The notes below the pieces were generated by a model, which worked only from the letters and a program-made list of their open reading frames with translations, was not told where the DNA came from and did no database searches. A DNA stretch of 63,999 bases, filler included, from Stramenopiles sp. TOSAG23-6 (lineage: Eukaryota): assembly GCA_900128565.1 (NCBI GenBank). It is 11 parts of 11 records of this genome, joined end to end, with 100 filler letters (N's around TTAATTAATTAA, not from the genome) between each part and the next. Parts side by side here need not be neighbours in the genome. Positions count along the whole stretch, not along the records: positions 53,083 to 58,867 come from LT636835.1; positions 58,968 to 63,999 come from LT636987.1; 9 more parts are not named here. One strand, 5' to 3'. This document shows, one piece after another, positions 53,149 to 62,583 of this stretch. Numbering within the stretch: the stretch's first letter is position 1; the number at the start of each line of letters is the position of its first letter. The translations under genes and the position numbers were made by a program.

Positions 53149-55303
53149 ATATATTTCAAGATATATTTGTAAAGCAATTGCCGCTTTCTTTGACAACTTT
53201 ACATTACTATTTTTTGTATTTTTTGTATTTTTTGTATTTTTTGTATTTTTTGTATTTAAATTGATCCACCACTGTTTCGTACCAATAACATTTCTAAGAG
53301 CATTTAAAACAGGTTTGACACAAAGTTGATGTTTGGCCAATCTTGCTATAGCAACAAATCTTTTATACACTATATCACTTGTGTACCACAATTCTATAGG
53401 ATCATCTTGTATATGATCATTAGGGTTAGGGTTAGGGTTAGGGTTAGGGTTTATATTATCTTTTTTATTTGAAACAATTTCATTACCTAAAGATTTTTTA
53501 TGTAAAGAATTTGGTACAGAAATGAGTAAATGCAAAATAACAGGTAAAAGCGAGATTCCTTGGATAGGAAAATTTTGAACGACTCTGATGGCTGCATCCA
53601 AGGCGTTATTCCTTATCTTCTCATATATTGTAAAGAAAATTAACTTTTTTTTGTTAGGTACAAAATTTACTACGAAAAAAAAAATTTAAATTTTAAATTT
53701 TAAATTTTTTAAAATTAGAGTTAGGGTTGAAAAATTACATTACGATGCCATAAAATCGTTGATAGAATAAAAACAATTATGTCAATGCTGTATCTATCTG
53801 ATATTGTATTCAGGTTAGGGTTAGGATCAATTTCGAATGCTCCAGATGTATATATACCGGTACCAGGTACCTTTTTTTCTGTGAATAATTTGTTTAGCCA
53901 TGTCAAAGTTAAATCATGTATTTTAGAAAAATATTTCAAAAAAAAATCTAAAAAAAATTGTTAGGTACAAAATTTCGTATGAAAAAAAAATTATTTACTA
54001 AAAAAAAAAAATAAAACATACATTGAAAGCGGTATTATTATTCTTCATTTCTACTTTTCCTACAGATTCTGAACTACCTATACTTTTATTATTATAACTG
54101 TGTTGAAAGACAGAAATGATACTTTGTTCAAGTAAATTAAAAACATGCTGACGTAGAAAAGATATATGGATTATGAAAAAATATTTCAAAAAAAAAATCG
54201 TTAGGTACAAATTTCGTACGAAAAACAAATTTAGACAAAAAATTGAAATGAAAACGTACATCTTCCTCTGTGAGGCTTGGATCTCTACCAATAGTTTTTT
54301 TGTTAGACCTCTGAAATGTTGAATGTAAAACAAATAAAATATCACTTACAGAATGATTAAATTTATGTATACCATTTGAAGATTTTGAATGTCTTATTAG
54401 AAAATCAAAAACTTTTTCTTGAACGTCTCTCTTCGCTCTTGTCCAAAGTCGAAGATCGTATAAAAGAGTCAGTATAAATGTACACATTCTTGCGCTTTTC
54501 TGTTCACACAATGTTTTTGCAAGCGTCTTTACTGCATTGAATAAATCTAGTGTTATATATGATGGTGTTGTTTCAAGAAGAAGATTAGTAAGACACCGAA
54601 GCCCTGTTAGTTGTTGTTCTCCTTCACCTCTGCGTCGTTCAACGCCACCAGTAGGCGAAGGGACAATGGTGACAGAAATCAACTGATATAAAGCGTAAAC
54701 ATTTCTCCTCACAATGGCAGCGATGAGCCAAACAGCTTGGGAATAACACTTTGGATTCAAATTTTTAGAGAGTTGCATTCTAGTTTTTCCTATATACTTA
54801 CCACGAACATTTACTTGATTACTTTCGTCAAAATCAAATATTTCTTTTGTTGAAATACACTGTAATAGAGGAAGTAATGATATTACCCCACCCAAACAAC
54901 GTAAAGAAGCAATAATTGACACATTATCATCATCCAAATGTTGATCTTCGGAGATAGACACTCGGGCGAAAACTCGTTTTAAAAGTCGTAAAAGTATAAA
55001 TAAGAGAGTATCATCGGTTTTGACTTTACTGTCAATACGGAAGTGTCCAAATATTTCCCGAAGAAAAGGCACAGGACAGCTAAACAGTAAAAATATTTCT
55101 AGAATTCGAGCAATCCGTTTTTCAATCCTTGATGGTGTAGTTTGATTTGTACTCTCAGCATGGACTTCAAAAAGCCAACGGGATAAAGAAATACCTGAGG
55201 CATGGTAACGTGCACAGAAAGAAGCATCTGACTGTAAATTATGCTCGAATTTATCAAAATCAGCAGAATTAAAAGATTGCACAGCATTCTTTAGGTCATT
55301 CAT
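53149..55303 (-). CDS. Neurobeachin/BEACH-family-like ARM region, 3'-truncated, with four family introns
   Basis: SLRCLGGVISLLPLL and LLYDLRLWTRAKRDVQ resemble the neurobeachin DUF4704 region; exons join in frame. Confidence 0.6.
53420..53449 (+). repeat. Interstitial (TTAGGG)5 inside a coding exon (NPNPNP on minus)
   Basis: Five perfect units. Confidence 0.9.
53623..53738 (-). other. Non-AG family intron (116 nt, GTAATT...TACAATATAT), phase 0
   Basis: Joins WHRN|EKIRN in frame. Confidence 0.75.
53916..54021 (-). other. Non-AG family intron (106 nt, GTATGT...AAAATACAT), phase 0
   Basis: Joins TAFN|DLTL in frame. Confidence 0.82.
54166..54259 (-). other. Non-AG family intron (94 nt, GTACGT...CATAATCCAT), phase 0
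   Basis: Joins TEED|ISFLRQH in frame. Confidence 0.8.
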
Positions 55304-55567
55304 CTATTTTTAATTGTCGTAAATATCGCATCAATTCATTGCCGGGGATGCAAGAGCATTCCTTGACATGAATGAAATTTTTAGAAAGATCTAAAATTGT
55401 CCTTGCGTTCCGGGGATCGACCCGGAAGCACTTCGTACCCGGTAAATTGATCATTCAAATTTCGAAGATCGAGCAGATCGCCGTCCATCCAAGAAGCAAA
55501 TTGCTAATTGTGATCTAAATAAAACAATCTCAAATCTGAATCTCGATTATTGAAAGAAGGCATACAG

Positions 55568-56167
55568 ATGGCTAGTGCTGGTACTCAATTTCGCGCTGCC
55601 AATGCAGTGTCTGATATTTATGGTCGTGCTCGAGCAATGATTCCAGGGCAAGAAGAGAGAGATCGTAAGGCAGCTGAAGCAAAAGCACGTGAAGAAGGTT
55701 TACCCGAATGCTGTGGCACTCTAACTTATCGGCAGAGGCTTTATGGGTGGGTATTTTGTTGTATTTTGGGAATGACATTTTCTGTCATATGTGTCTTCAT
55801 GGTTAGGCATATATTTTCAAATCCTAGCAAGTTTGCTGTGCCATATACGCTCGGAAATGTGTCTACAATTTGTGGGACATTCTTTTTAGCGGGTCCAAAA
55901 AAACAGTTCAAGAGAGTGATGAAAGCAAATCGACGTGTTTGCGTTGCCTGTTACTTTTTATCAATGTTCCTTGTTTTAGTTTTAGCATTTACATGGAAAG
56001 GCAATGTCCATTTGAAAGGTATCGTCTTACTTGTTTTGATCATATGCCAAGCTTTTTGTGCGGTTTGGTATGTTTTCACATATATTCCTGGAGGTCAACG
56101 CATGCTGAAGGAATGTTGTAAATGTTGTGGTAAGTCTGCAGCGAGATCAGCTGGTCTTCCTACATAA
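55568..56167 (+). CDS. SFT2: SFT2/Got1-family vesicle transport protein
   Basis: LTYRQRLYGW, KFAVPYTLGN..FFLAGPKKQFK, WYVFTYIPGG. Confidence 0.9.
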   Translation: MASAGTQFRAANAVSDIYGRARAMIPGQEERDRKAAEAKAREEGLPECCGTLTYRQRLYGWVFCCILGMTFSVICVFMVRHIFSNPSKFAVPYTLGNVSTICGTFFLAGPKKQFKRVMKANRRVCVACYFLSMFLVLVLAFTWKGNVHLKGIVLLVLIICQAFCAVWYVFTYIPGGQRMLKECCKCCGKSAARSAGLPT

Positions 56168-56302
56168 TTCCTCTACAGATATAATATAAATAAATTGAAG
56201 TAGAGATGTACATTAATGTTTTATTAATTTTTTTCATTACAACTTCTTACACTGTAGATACAACAACTCTTCTATGACCGAGATGGTGCTGCTGCAAAAA
56301 GG

Positions 56303-58867
56303 CTACTTAAAGAAACTTTGGATGGACTTAAGTGGTTTCTTTGATGAAGTTTGACTCCTTTTCCCCTTCCCTTTCCCTTTACTCTTATTTTCTCTTTTCT
56401 TGCTCTTTGTTGACTTCTGTTTATAGCCATATGGTAAACCTAGTTCCGTAGCTCTATCCTTTTCAGCTCGCATTTTTTTTAACCGTGCATTCATATCCTT
56501 TTTCGATATTTTCTTTGAAAAAGTTGATGCAGTCACTTGATCATTGGAAGCCGCTAATGCTTGAGTTGACTGAGATAATCCACGTTTATTATACTCACGT
56601 GTAAATGCAGATTGTGTCTTTGACTCAATAGAATTGTATATAGCTGCAGAGGAGGAAACACCAGACCCGGGAGTTCCAAGATGAATTTCTTTCATAGTCT
56701 CAAAAAGATCATCACGACTAAGACCATATTCTGCCATTCGATCAAGAGTTTCTCCAATACCGGCTATTTTTTTATTATATAATGGTCCAAGTAATGAAAT
56801 TCGCATCATTTCCATATAATCCATTCTGATACGTCGAGAGCTGCATGATGTGACAGTATTCACGTGTAAAGCCATTTCAGCGATCCATCGTTTATGTTTG
56901 GTTCTCTTCGAATTCTTACCAAACCATTCTGGAAATTGTGACCGAAAACCTCCGCCACCACCAGAATATCCCGAGTTGTTTGTAGGAGGACCTGCAGCAT
57001 AAAATCCAGCTTGGACGTTGAGCATACCAACAGTAGGGAGTAGAACATAATCTTGTTTTTTATTGAGTGTCTGTGAAACGACATCTGCATCACAGATTGC
57101 ATCAGCAGCAAGAGCCATTCTTTTCAATTGATCCAATTGCTTTCCACCAGATGATTTCACTGTATCAACATAACTTTGTTGAACTAACAGAGGGACCATA
57201 CTAAAATCAATAAAAAACCCATCAAGACGATCACCAATAGATTTCCTACCTTTACCTCCACCACCAAGAATAACTTTCGAACCATCCATTGGAGTCAGAC
57301 GAATAATTGAATCCTTTTTGATCAGTTTTATCTTATCCTTGATTTCCTGTGAAGATAATTGTTTACTACTACGTGCATACATCTGTAATGCAGTAATGAC
57401 TTGACGAATATCGTTACCTGTAGAATCCACAAGTTCCATCATAGCATCCATTTCAACTGCAAGTCCTTCTCGTTTAGCGATAATCATCATACGTCGTGCT
57501 ACTTGCTGAGTATGAGGACGTCTAAATGGCAAGTCTAAACATACACTCTTGAGCGAACTTATTTTTTTACTCTGTACATCATTACATATACAAATAACAG
57601 GTGATTTACATGATCTAATTAGATCTGCAAGGGCTGCACAACCTCCGCGGTCTCCACCACCCATTCCATCAACTTCATCCATGATCAAAACTCTTTTCTT
57701 TGAGGCTCCAAAAGATTTAGCTCTTGAAAACGATGATGCAATAGATGAACTATTCGTAGCTTCACAAAGTTCTTTTATTGCACTCTTACTTCTTTTATCC
57801 GATGCATTAAATTCAAGGGGTTCAAAACCGGCAGCTCTCGCAACTAACATCGCAGCAGAAGTTTTACCGATACCAGGTGGTCCTGAAAGAAGGCAAGCCT
57901 TACCTTTTAATGCATTTTTACCCTTTTTAACTGTAGTACCAGAAAACTTAGATGACCAAGAATTGAGCCAATTTGTCATTCTTTTAATTGTATCAGTATT
58001 GCCTACTAGATCCCTAGGTTCCCTAGGGCGATGCTTTACTGACCATAATTGATTATCCGCTGCTGATAAAGCAACATTTGAATGACTAGAATCATTAGTT
58101 TTGGAGCTACTAGAACCACTGGAACTACTCGAACTCTTTGCTTCCACATTTTCACTCTTTTCGTCTTTTATTGCATTTGGATCTGGTGGAACATAGTCGT
58201 CTTCCACTGCGCCTTCAGGATCATATTTGGGATCAATTAATTTGAACAATTCAGTTTCTGAAATGATCTTACACGTTTTAGCAAACTTACCACTCGCCTT
58301 TCTATACTTTGAGCTTTCACATGTTTGTCGACCATCTTCAAGTACCACCCCTGCCAAGAGATAATCCGTAACTCCACTTACACCTGACTTGACTAATCCA
58401 CCACATGCTTTGATTAAAGCCTCTACAGCTCCACGTTCTAACGATTCTTGGACACCTGTTATAACAAATGACATTCCCTTTCCATTTTCTTTGACAAAAC
58501 AACCATCTCTAGGTTTCGGTTTCGGCTTTTGGCCGGCCATTGGAGGTGGAGCAGAGCCACCAGACCTTTTGTAAAATGCATATCCAGACTTTTTTTTCGA
58601 AGGAGCTGGAGCAGACGCGAAGTCGGGTAATTCCATTGTTTGACTTGAACTAATAGATTTTGTTGTTTTTGTAGATTTTGAACTTTTTTTAGATTTCTTC
58701 TTTGGCTGAGCACATGATGAAGACGTAGAAGTCTTTGTCTTTTTTGACTTTTTCGAGGATTTCTTTTTCGTGGGGGAGGAGGACTCATCAACGGGAGCAT
58801 ATGCTTCATCATCACTACTGATACTAACCACTTGCTTTTTAGCCTTTCGTTTCTTCGGAGCCTTCTT
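56303..58867 (-). CDS. RFC1: Replication factor C subunit 1, 5'-truncated
   Basis: BRCT FVITG, SGPPGIGKT, EFNASDKRS, IMDEVDGMGGGDRGG, FPEWFGKNS, AFTREYNK. Confidence 0.96.
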   Translation of the reverse strand, partial: KKAPKKRKAKKQVVSISSDDEAYAPVDESSSPTKKKSSKKSKKTKTSTSSSCAQPKKKSKKSSKSTKTTKSISSSQTMELPDFASAPAPSKKKSGYAFYKRSGGSAPPPMAGQKPKPKPRDGCFVKENGKGMSFVITGVQESLERGAVEALIKACGGLVKSGVSGVTDYLLAGVVLEDGRQTCESSKYRKASGKFAKTCKIISETELFKLIDPKYDPEGAVEDDYVPPDPNAIKDEKSENVEAKSSSSSSGSSSSKTNDSSHSNVALSAADNQLWSVKHRPREPRDLVGNTDTIKRMTNWLNSWSSKFSGTTVKKGKNALKGKACLLSGPPGIGKTSAAMLVARAAGFEPLEFNASDKRSKSAIKELCEATNSSSIASSFSRAKSFGASKKRVLIMDEVDGMGGGDRGGCAALADLIRSCKSPVICICNDVQSKKISSLKSVCLDLPFRRPHTQQVARRMMIIAKREGLAVEMDAMMELVDSTGNDIRQVITALQMYARSSKQLSSQEIKDKIKLIKKDSIIRLTPMDGSKVILGGGGKGRKSIGDRLDGFFIDFSMVPLLVQQSYVDTVKSSGGKQLDQLKRMALAADAICDADVVSQTLNKKQDYVLLPTVGMLNVQAGFYAAGPPTNNSGYSGGGGGFRSQFPEWFGKNSKRTKHKRWIAEMALHVNTVTSCSSRRIRMDYMEMMRISLLGPLYNKKIAGIGETLDRMAEYGLSRDDLFETMKEIHLGTPGSGVSSSAAIYNSIESKTQSAFTREYNKRGLSQSTQALAASNDQVTASTFSKKISKKDMNARLKKMRAEKDRATELGLPYGYKQKSTKSKKRENKSKGKGKGKRSQTSSKKPLKSIQSFFK

Positions 58868-58967
58868 NNNNNNNNNNNNNNNNNNNNNNNNNNNNNNNNN
58901 NNNNNNNNNNNTTAATTAATTAANNNNNNNNNNNNNNNNNNNNNNNNNNNNNNNNNNNNNNNNNNNN

Positions 58968-59875
58968 GCATCGAAAAAAAGTGAAGGAACTCGATAAACA
59001 AATTCCTCCGAAAGCGACATCTAACATATTTCTTATCAACTGCAGTGAATTACGAGAGCAACTGATCGAAAAACACAAGCACTTGTCTGTATTACTTCTT
59101 GATCTATTGGCTGTAAAGAATATTGATGCAACAAAACAGCTTCTTGGTGAGTTTCAAAGTATGTCAAAAAACCTACAATTGGAGGTTGATGATATTGAAG
59201 CGGCAGATCTAGAGCTTTATTTTAGTGTTGAAACTTCTTTTCTTGGCAAAATGACAGAGATTGAGTTGAAACCTGGGGGCAAGAAAATTCCAGTAACAAA
59301 TGATAATGTTAGAGAGTATATAACTCTTGTCAGTGAATATCGACAAACGAAGTCTATCGAAAAACAAATTGCATGGTTTAAAAAAGGTTTTTATGAAGTG
59401 TGCGACAAATCTTTGATATCTATTTTTTCAGAACAGGAATTAGAACTTTTAATTAGTGGCTTACCTAATATTGACGTTGATGATCTCAGGGCAAATACAG
59501 TATATCATGGATACTCTGCATCATCTTCAACAATTAGACACTTTTGGTCTGCAGTGAAAGAATTTTCACAAGAAGAAAAAGCTGCATTTTTACAATTTGT
59601 AACAGGAACTTCAAAAGTCCCCTTAGGAGGATTTAAGAAGTTGCAAGGAATGCGTGGTTTAACTCCATTATNNNNNNNNNNNNNNNNNNNNNNNNNNNNN
59701 NNNNNNNNNNNNNNNNNNNNNTAATATACACAGAGTAAGTGGAATTTCGAGGCTTCCAACGAGTCATACTTGTTTTAATACTTTAGATTTACCTGAGTAT
59801 ACATCAAAAGAAATGGTGCTTGAAAAACTTCGGTTAAGTCTTTTAGAGTGTTCAGAAGGTTTTGGGTTTGCATAA
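58968..59875 (+). CDS. HECT E3 ligase C-terminus (HUWE1/UPL-like) behind an unrelated 5' segment; internal N gap
   Basis: [58 protein letters not shown]. Confidence 0.88.
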
Positions 59876-60278
59876 TCAAATAATAATGCTAATGTACACT
59901 GTAATCTCATATTTTTATGTGAATCCTATTCATTATTATGTATGACTCGTATTGTGTAGTATTTTTGTGTTTATTATACACAATAGTAAATATAAATTTG
60001 AAATTCATAATACCATGATTTTATTTTTTAGTCATCTGAATAATAATATTCATCATTAGAATATTGAATATTCTGATTTCAAAAAAGTCAATTCGTCATC
60101 ACGATTTTCTGACCTTTTCACTCAAGTTTTTACTTCACTTTCTTTTTGCGATTGCTTTAATTAATTGTTAAGTCCATTTTAACCCCTCCCAGTGATCTAA
60201 GATAAATAACGTGCCCCCCCACTCCGGTTACGTCTTATATAGCGTGTGATAGTGATAATTTATTCATCTCCGAAAACT

Positions 60279-61360
60279 ATGGCAATATGGAATTCAATTG
60301 GTGTATCAATCACAGAATCCTTTAATATCATCCGTAGAGACTACAAAGTAACATTATTTCTTGTCCCTGTTGTCACTTTCGTCGCTCGAAAGATTTACAT
60401 CAAGTATACTGATATATATGTTCGTCCAAGTCAGTTGAAAAATTTTTATAGTGGTAGAATAGTCTGGATAACTGGAGCATCTTCTGGCATTGGAGAGGAA
60501 ATTGCAGTTGCATTATCAAAATATGGAGCAAAAATAGTTCTAAGTGGAAGGAATGAAAATCGACTTTCACTTGTCAGCCAAAAGTGCCAGAAAGTTTCTT
60601 CAATTAAAGTTGGTGCAAAAGTTGTACCTTTCGATTTATCGGCACCACAAGTAGCGCTTCAAAAGGCAGCACAAGCAGCTGCTGAAGCGTGGAATGTACC
60701 GGTTGATATTGTTGTTATGTGTGGAGGAATTTCCTCCAGATCTGCAGTAGAAAATACAGAATATGTAGTCGATGAAAAACTATTTAAAGTGAATTTTCTT
60801 TCAAATGTGAGTATTGTTAAGTCTGTTTTACCAGGAATGTTACAACGAAAAAGGGGACATTTTATAGTGATATCGAGTATGCAAGGATTAGTTTCAATAC
60901 CATTTCGTTCAAATTATGCAGCTTCAAAGCATGTACGTTTTATTTTTTCGAATTTATTTTTTTCGTACTAAATTTTGTACCTAACGTTTTTTTTTGTATT
61001 TTTTTTTTTTTCACAATACTTGCCTTGCATGGTTACTTTGGATCGCTACGTTCTGAGGTTAGCGACCGCAATGTCGGAGTTACTATTGTATGTCCTAGTT
61101 ATGTAAAAACAAAGTTATCATTAAATGCACTTCGAGGTACAGGGGAGACTCATGGGATTATGGATGAAACAACTCAATTGGGAATGGAAGCTAGCTATGT
61201 TGCAAAAAGAACTATTCTTGCAGCAATGTCTAAAAAATCTGAGATTTGGATTTGTAGTTGGAAAGAACTTTTTGGAACTTTATTAAGTCGTGCTTCACCA
61301 GAATTATTTTCTTACATTATGTTACAACGGGCAAGGAAAGGTTGGTCTGTGAGAAAGTAA
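60279..61360 (+). CDS. Short-chain dehydrogenase/reductase (DHRS7-like); exons 60279-60932 and 61022-61360
   Basis: WITGASSGIG, YAASKH|ALHGYFGSLRSEV. Confidence 0.9.
60933..61021 (+). other. Non-AG family intron (89 nt, GTACGT...CACAATACTT), phase 0
   Basis: Restores YAASKH|ALHG; first downstream AG is 36 nt into the exon. Confidence 0.88.
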
Positions 61361-61482
61361 GTAAACCCTAACCCTAACCCTAGGTTACTGCTACAAGTTG
61401 AAACTGTCATTTTTGACCCGTAGTTACGTACTAGAACTTTACTAAAAAGATAGATACATTCTAGTAAAACGTTTTAGAGAGA

Positions 61483-62535
61483 ATGAATTCGGAGTTTGAT
61501 TCAACAAACCGAAGAGGACAGAAAAAAAATAAGCATAGTAAAATGAAACATTTTGGAGTCCGCATGCACGGAACTCGAAAACTATGGGTTGAAAAGCACC
61601 ACGAAATGCACAATAATCTCATTGCCACGGCTGAGTCACATGTACGAAAGAACATTGAGAAACATGACCAACGTGTTNNNNNNNNNNNNNNNNNNNNNNN
61701 NNNNNNNNNNNNNNNNNNNNNNNNNNNNNNNNNNNNNNNNNNNNNNNNNNNNNNNNNNNNNNNNNNNNNNNNNNNNNNNNNNNNNNNNNNNNNNNNNNNN
61801 NNNNNNNNNNNNNNNNNNNNNNNNNNNNNNNNNNNNNNNNNNNNNNTTTTTCAAATTCGATTTTTTTTTTATAAAAATTTTGTACCTAACGAATATTTTT
61901 TCAAATATTTTTCCAAAATACATGATCGACCTGATGACCCTTGGCATAAAATGTGCAACACTTATAAAACGCATCGAGGAAAAGCTGTGAAAATAGGCAA
62001 AGAACACCACCAAAAAACAATAGCACGGCACAATAAAGCATTTATGGAGACATTACTCAAGACTACACCAAAGTTATCGAAAAAAGACTGGGATAGGCAT
62101 TGGAAACGTCATCTACATAAAAGAGAGGTCATGGGGAAAGTCGATAAACCAGTTACATCTTATCCTGCAACACACACATCAAAGTTTGATGCTCGCTCAC
62201 CCAAAAGTGAGTTTGTGGGAATTCCTGAATATGATGCTCATTTAGATAAAAGTGCTCAAAATTGGACGAAAAGTCGGGCCTGTCGTGTGGCTACAAAAAA
62301 TTATGAGGCTGCCTTGAAGAAAGAGTATAATGAACGTATTGCAGCTCGAAGGAAAAGAAGCCCACAAGCTGCGAAGAGTAAACTAGTGAAATTAAGGAAA
62401 GCTTCACCAACGAGTGACTTAAAAGCAAATTCCGCTACGATTTGCATCCCAAAAAATACGTCAACAGCAAATAGGAAGAAAAAGTTCAATATATGCAGTT
62501 CAAGTGAAAGTGAAAGTGATAATGATTTGTATTAA
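61483..62535 (+). CDS. CFAP97/Hemingway-like protein; gap and family intron 3' end at 61847-61923
   Basis: IARHNKAFMETLLKTTPKLSKKDWDRHW resembles CFAP97 domain; CCAAAATACAT then GAT CGA. Confidence 0.5.
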   Translation: MNSEFDSTNRRGQKKNKHSKMKHFGVRMHGTRKLWVEKHHEMHNNLIATAESHVRKNIEKHDQRVXXXXXXXXXXXXXXXXXXXXXXXXXXXXXXXXXXXXXXXXXXXXXXXXXXXXXXXXXFQIRFFFYKNFVPNEYFFKYFSKIHDRPDDPWHKMCNTYKTHRGKAVKIGKEHHQKTIARHNKAFMETLLKTTPKLSKKDWDRHWKRHLHKREVMGKVDKPVTSYPATHTSKFDARSPKSEFVGIPEYDAHLDKSAQNWTKSRACRVATKNYEAALKKEYNERIAARRKRSPQAAKSKLVKLRKASPTSDLKANSATICIPKNTSTANRKKKFNICSSSESESDNDLY

Positions 62536-62583
62536 ATTTTTTATTCTTTAAAATATTTGAAATGATTTTTTATCATTAGTAGA

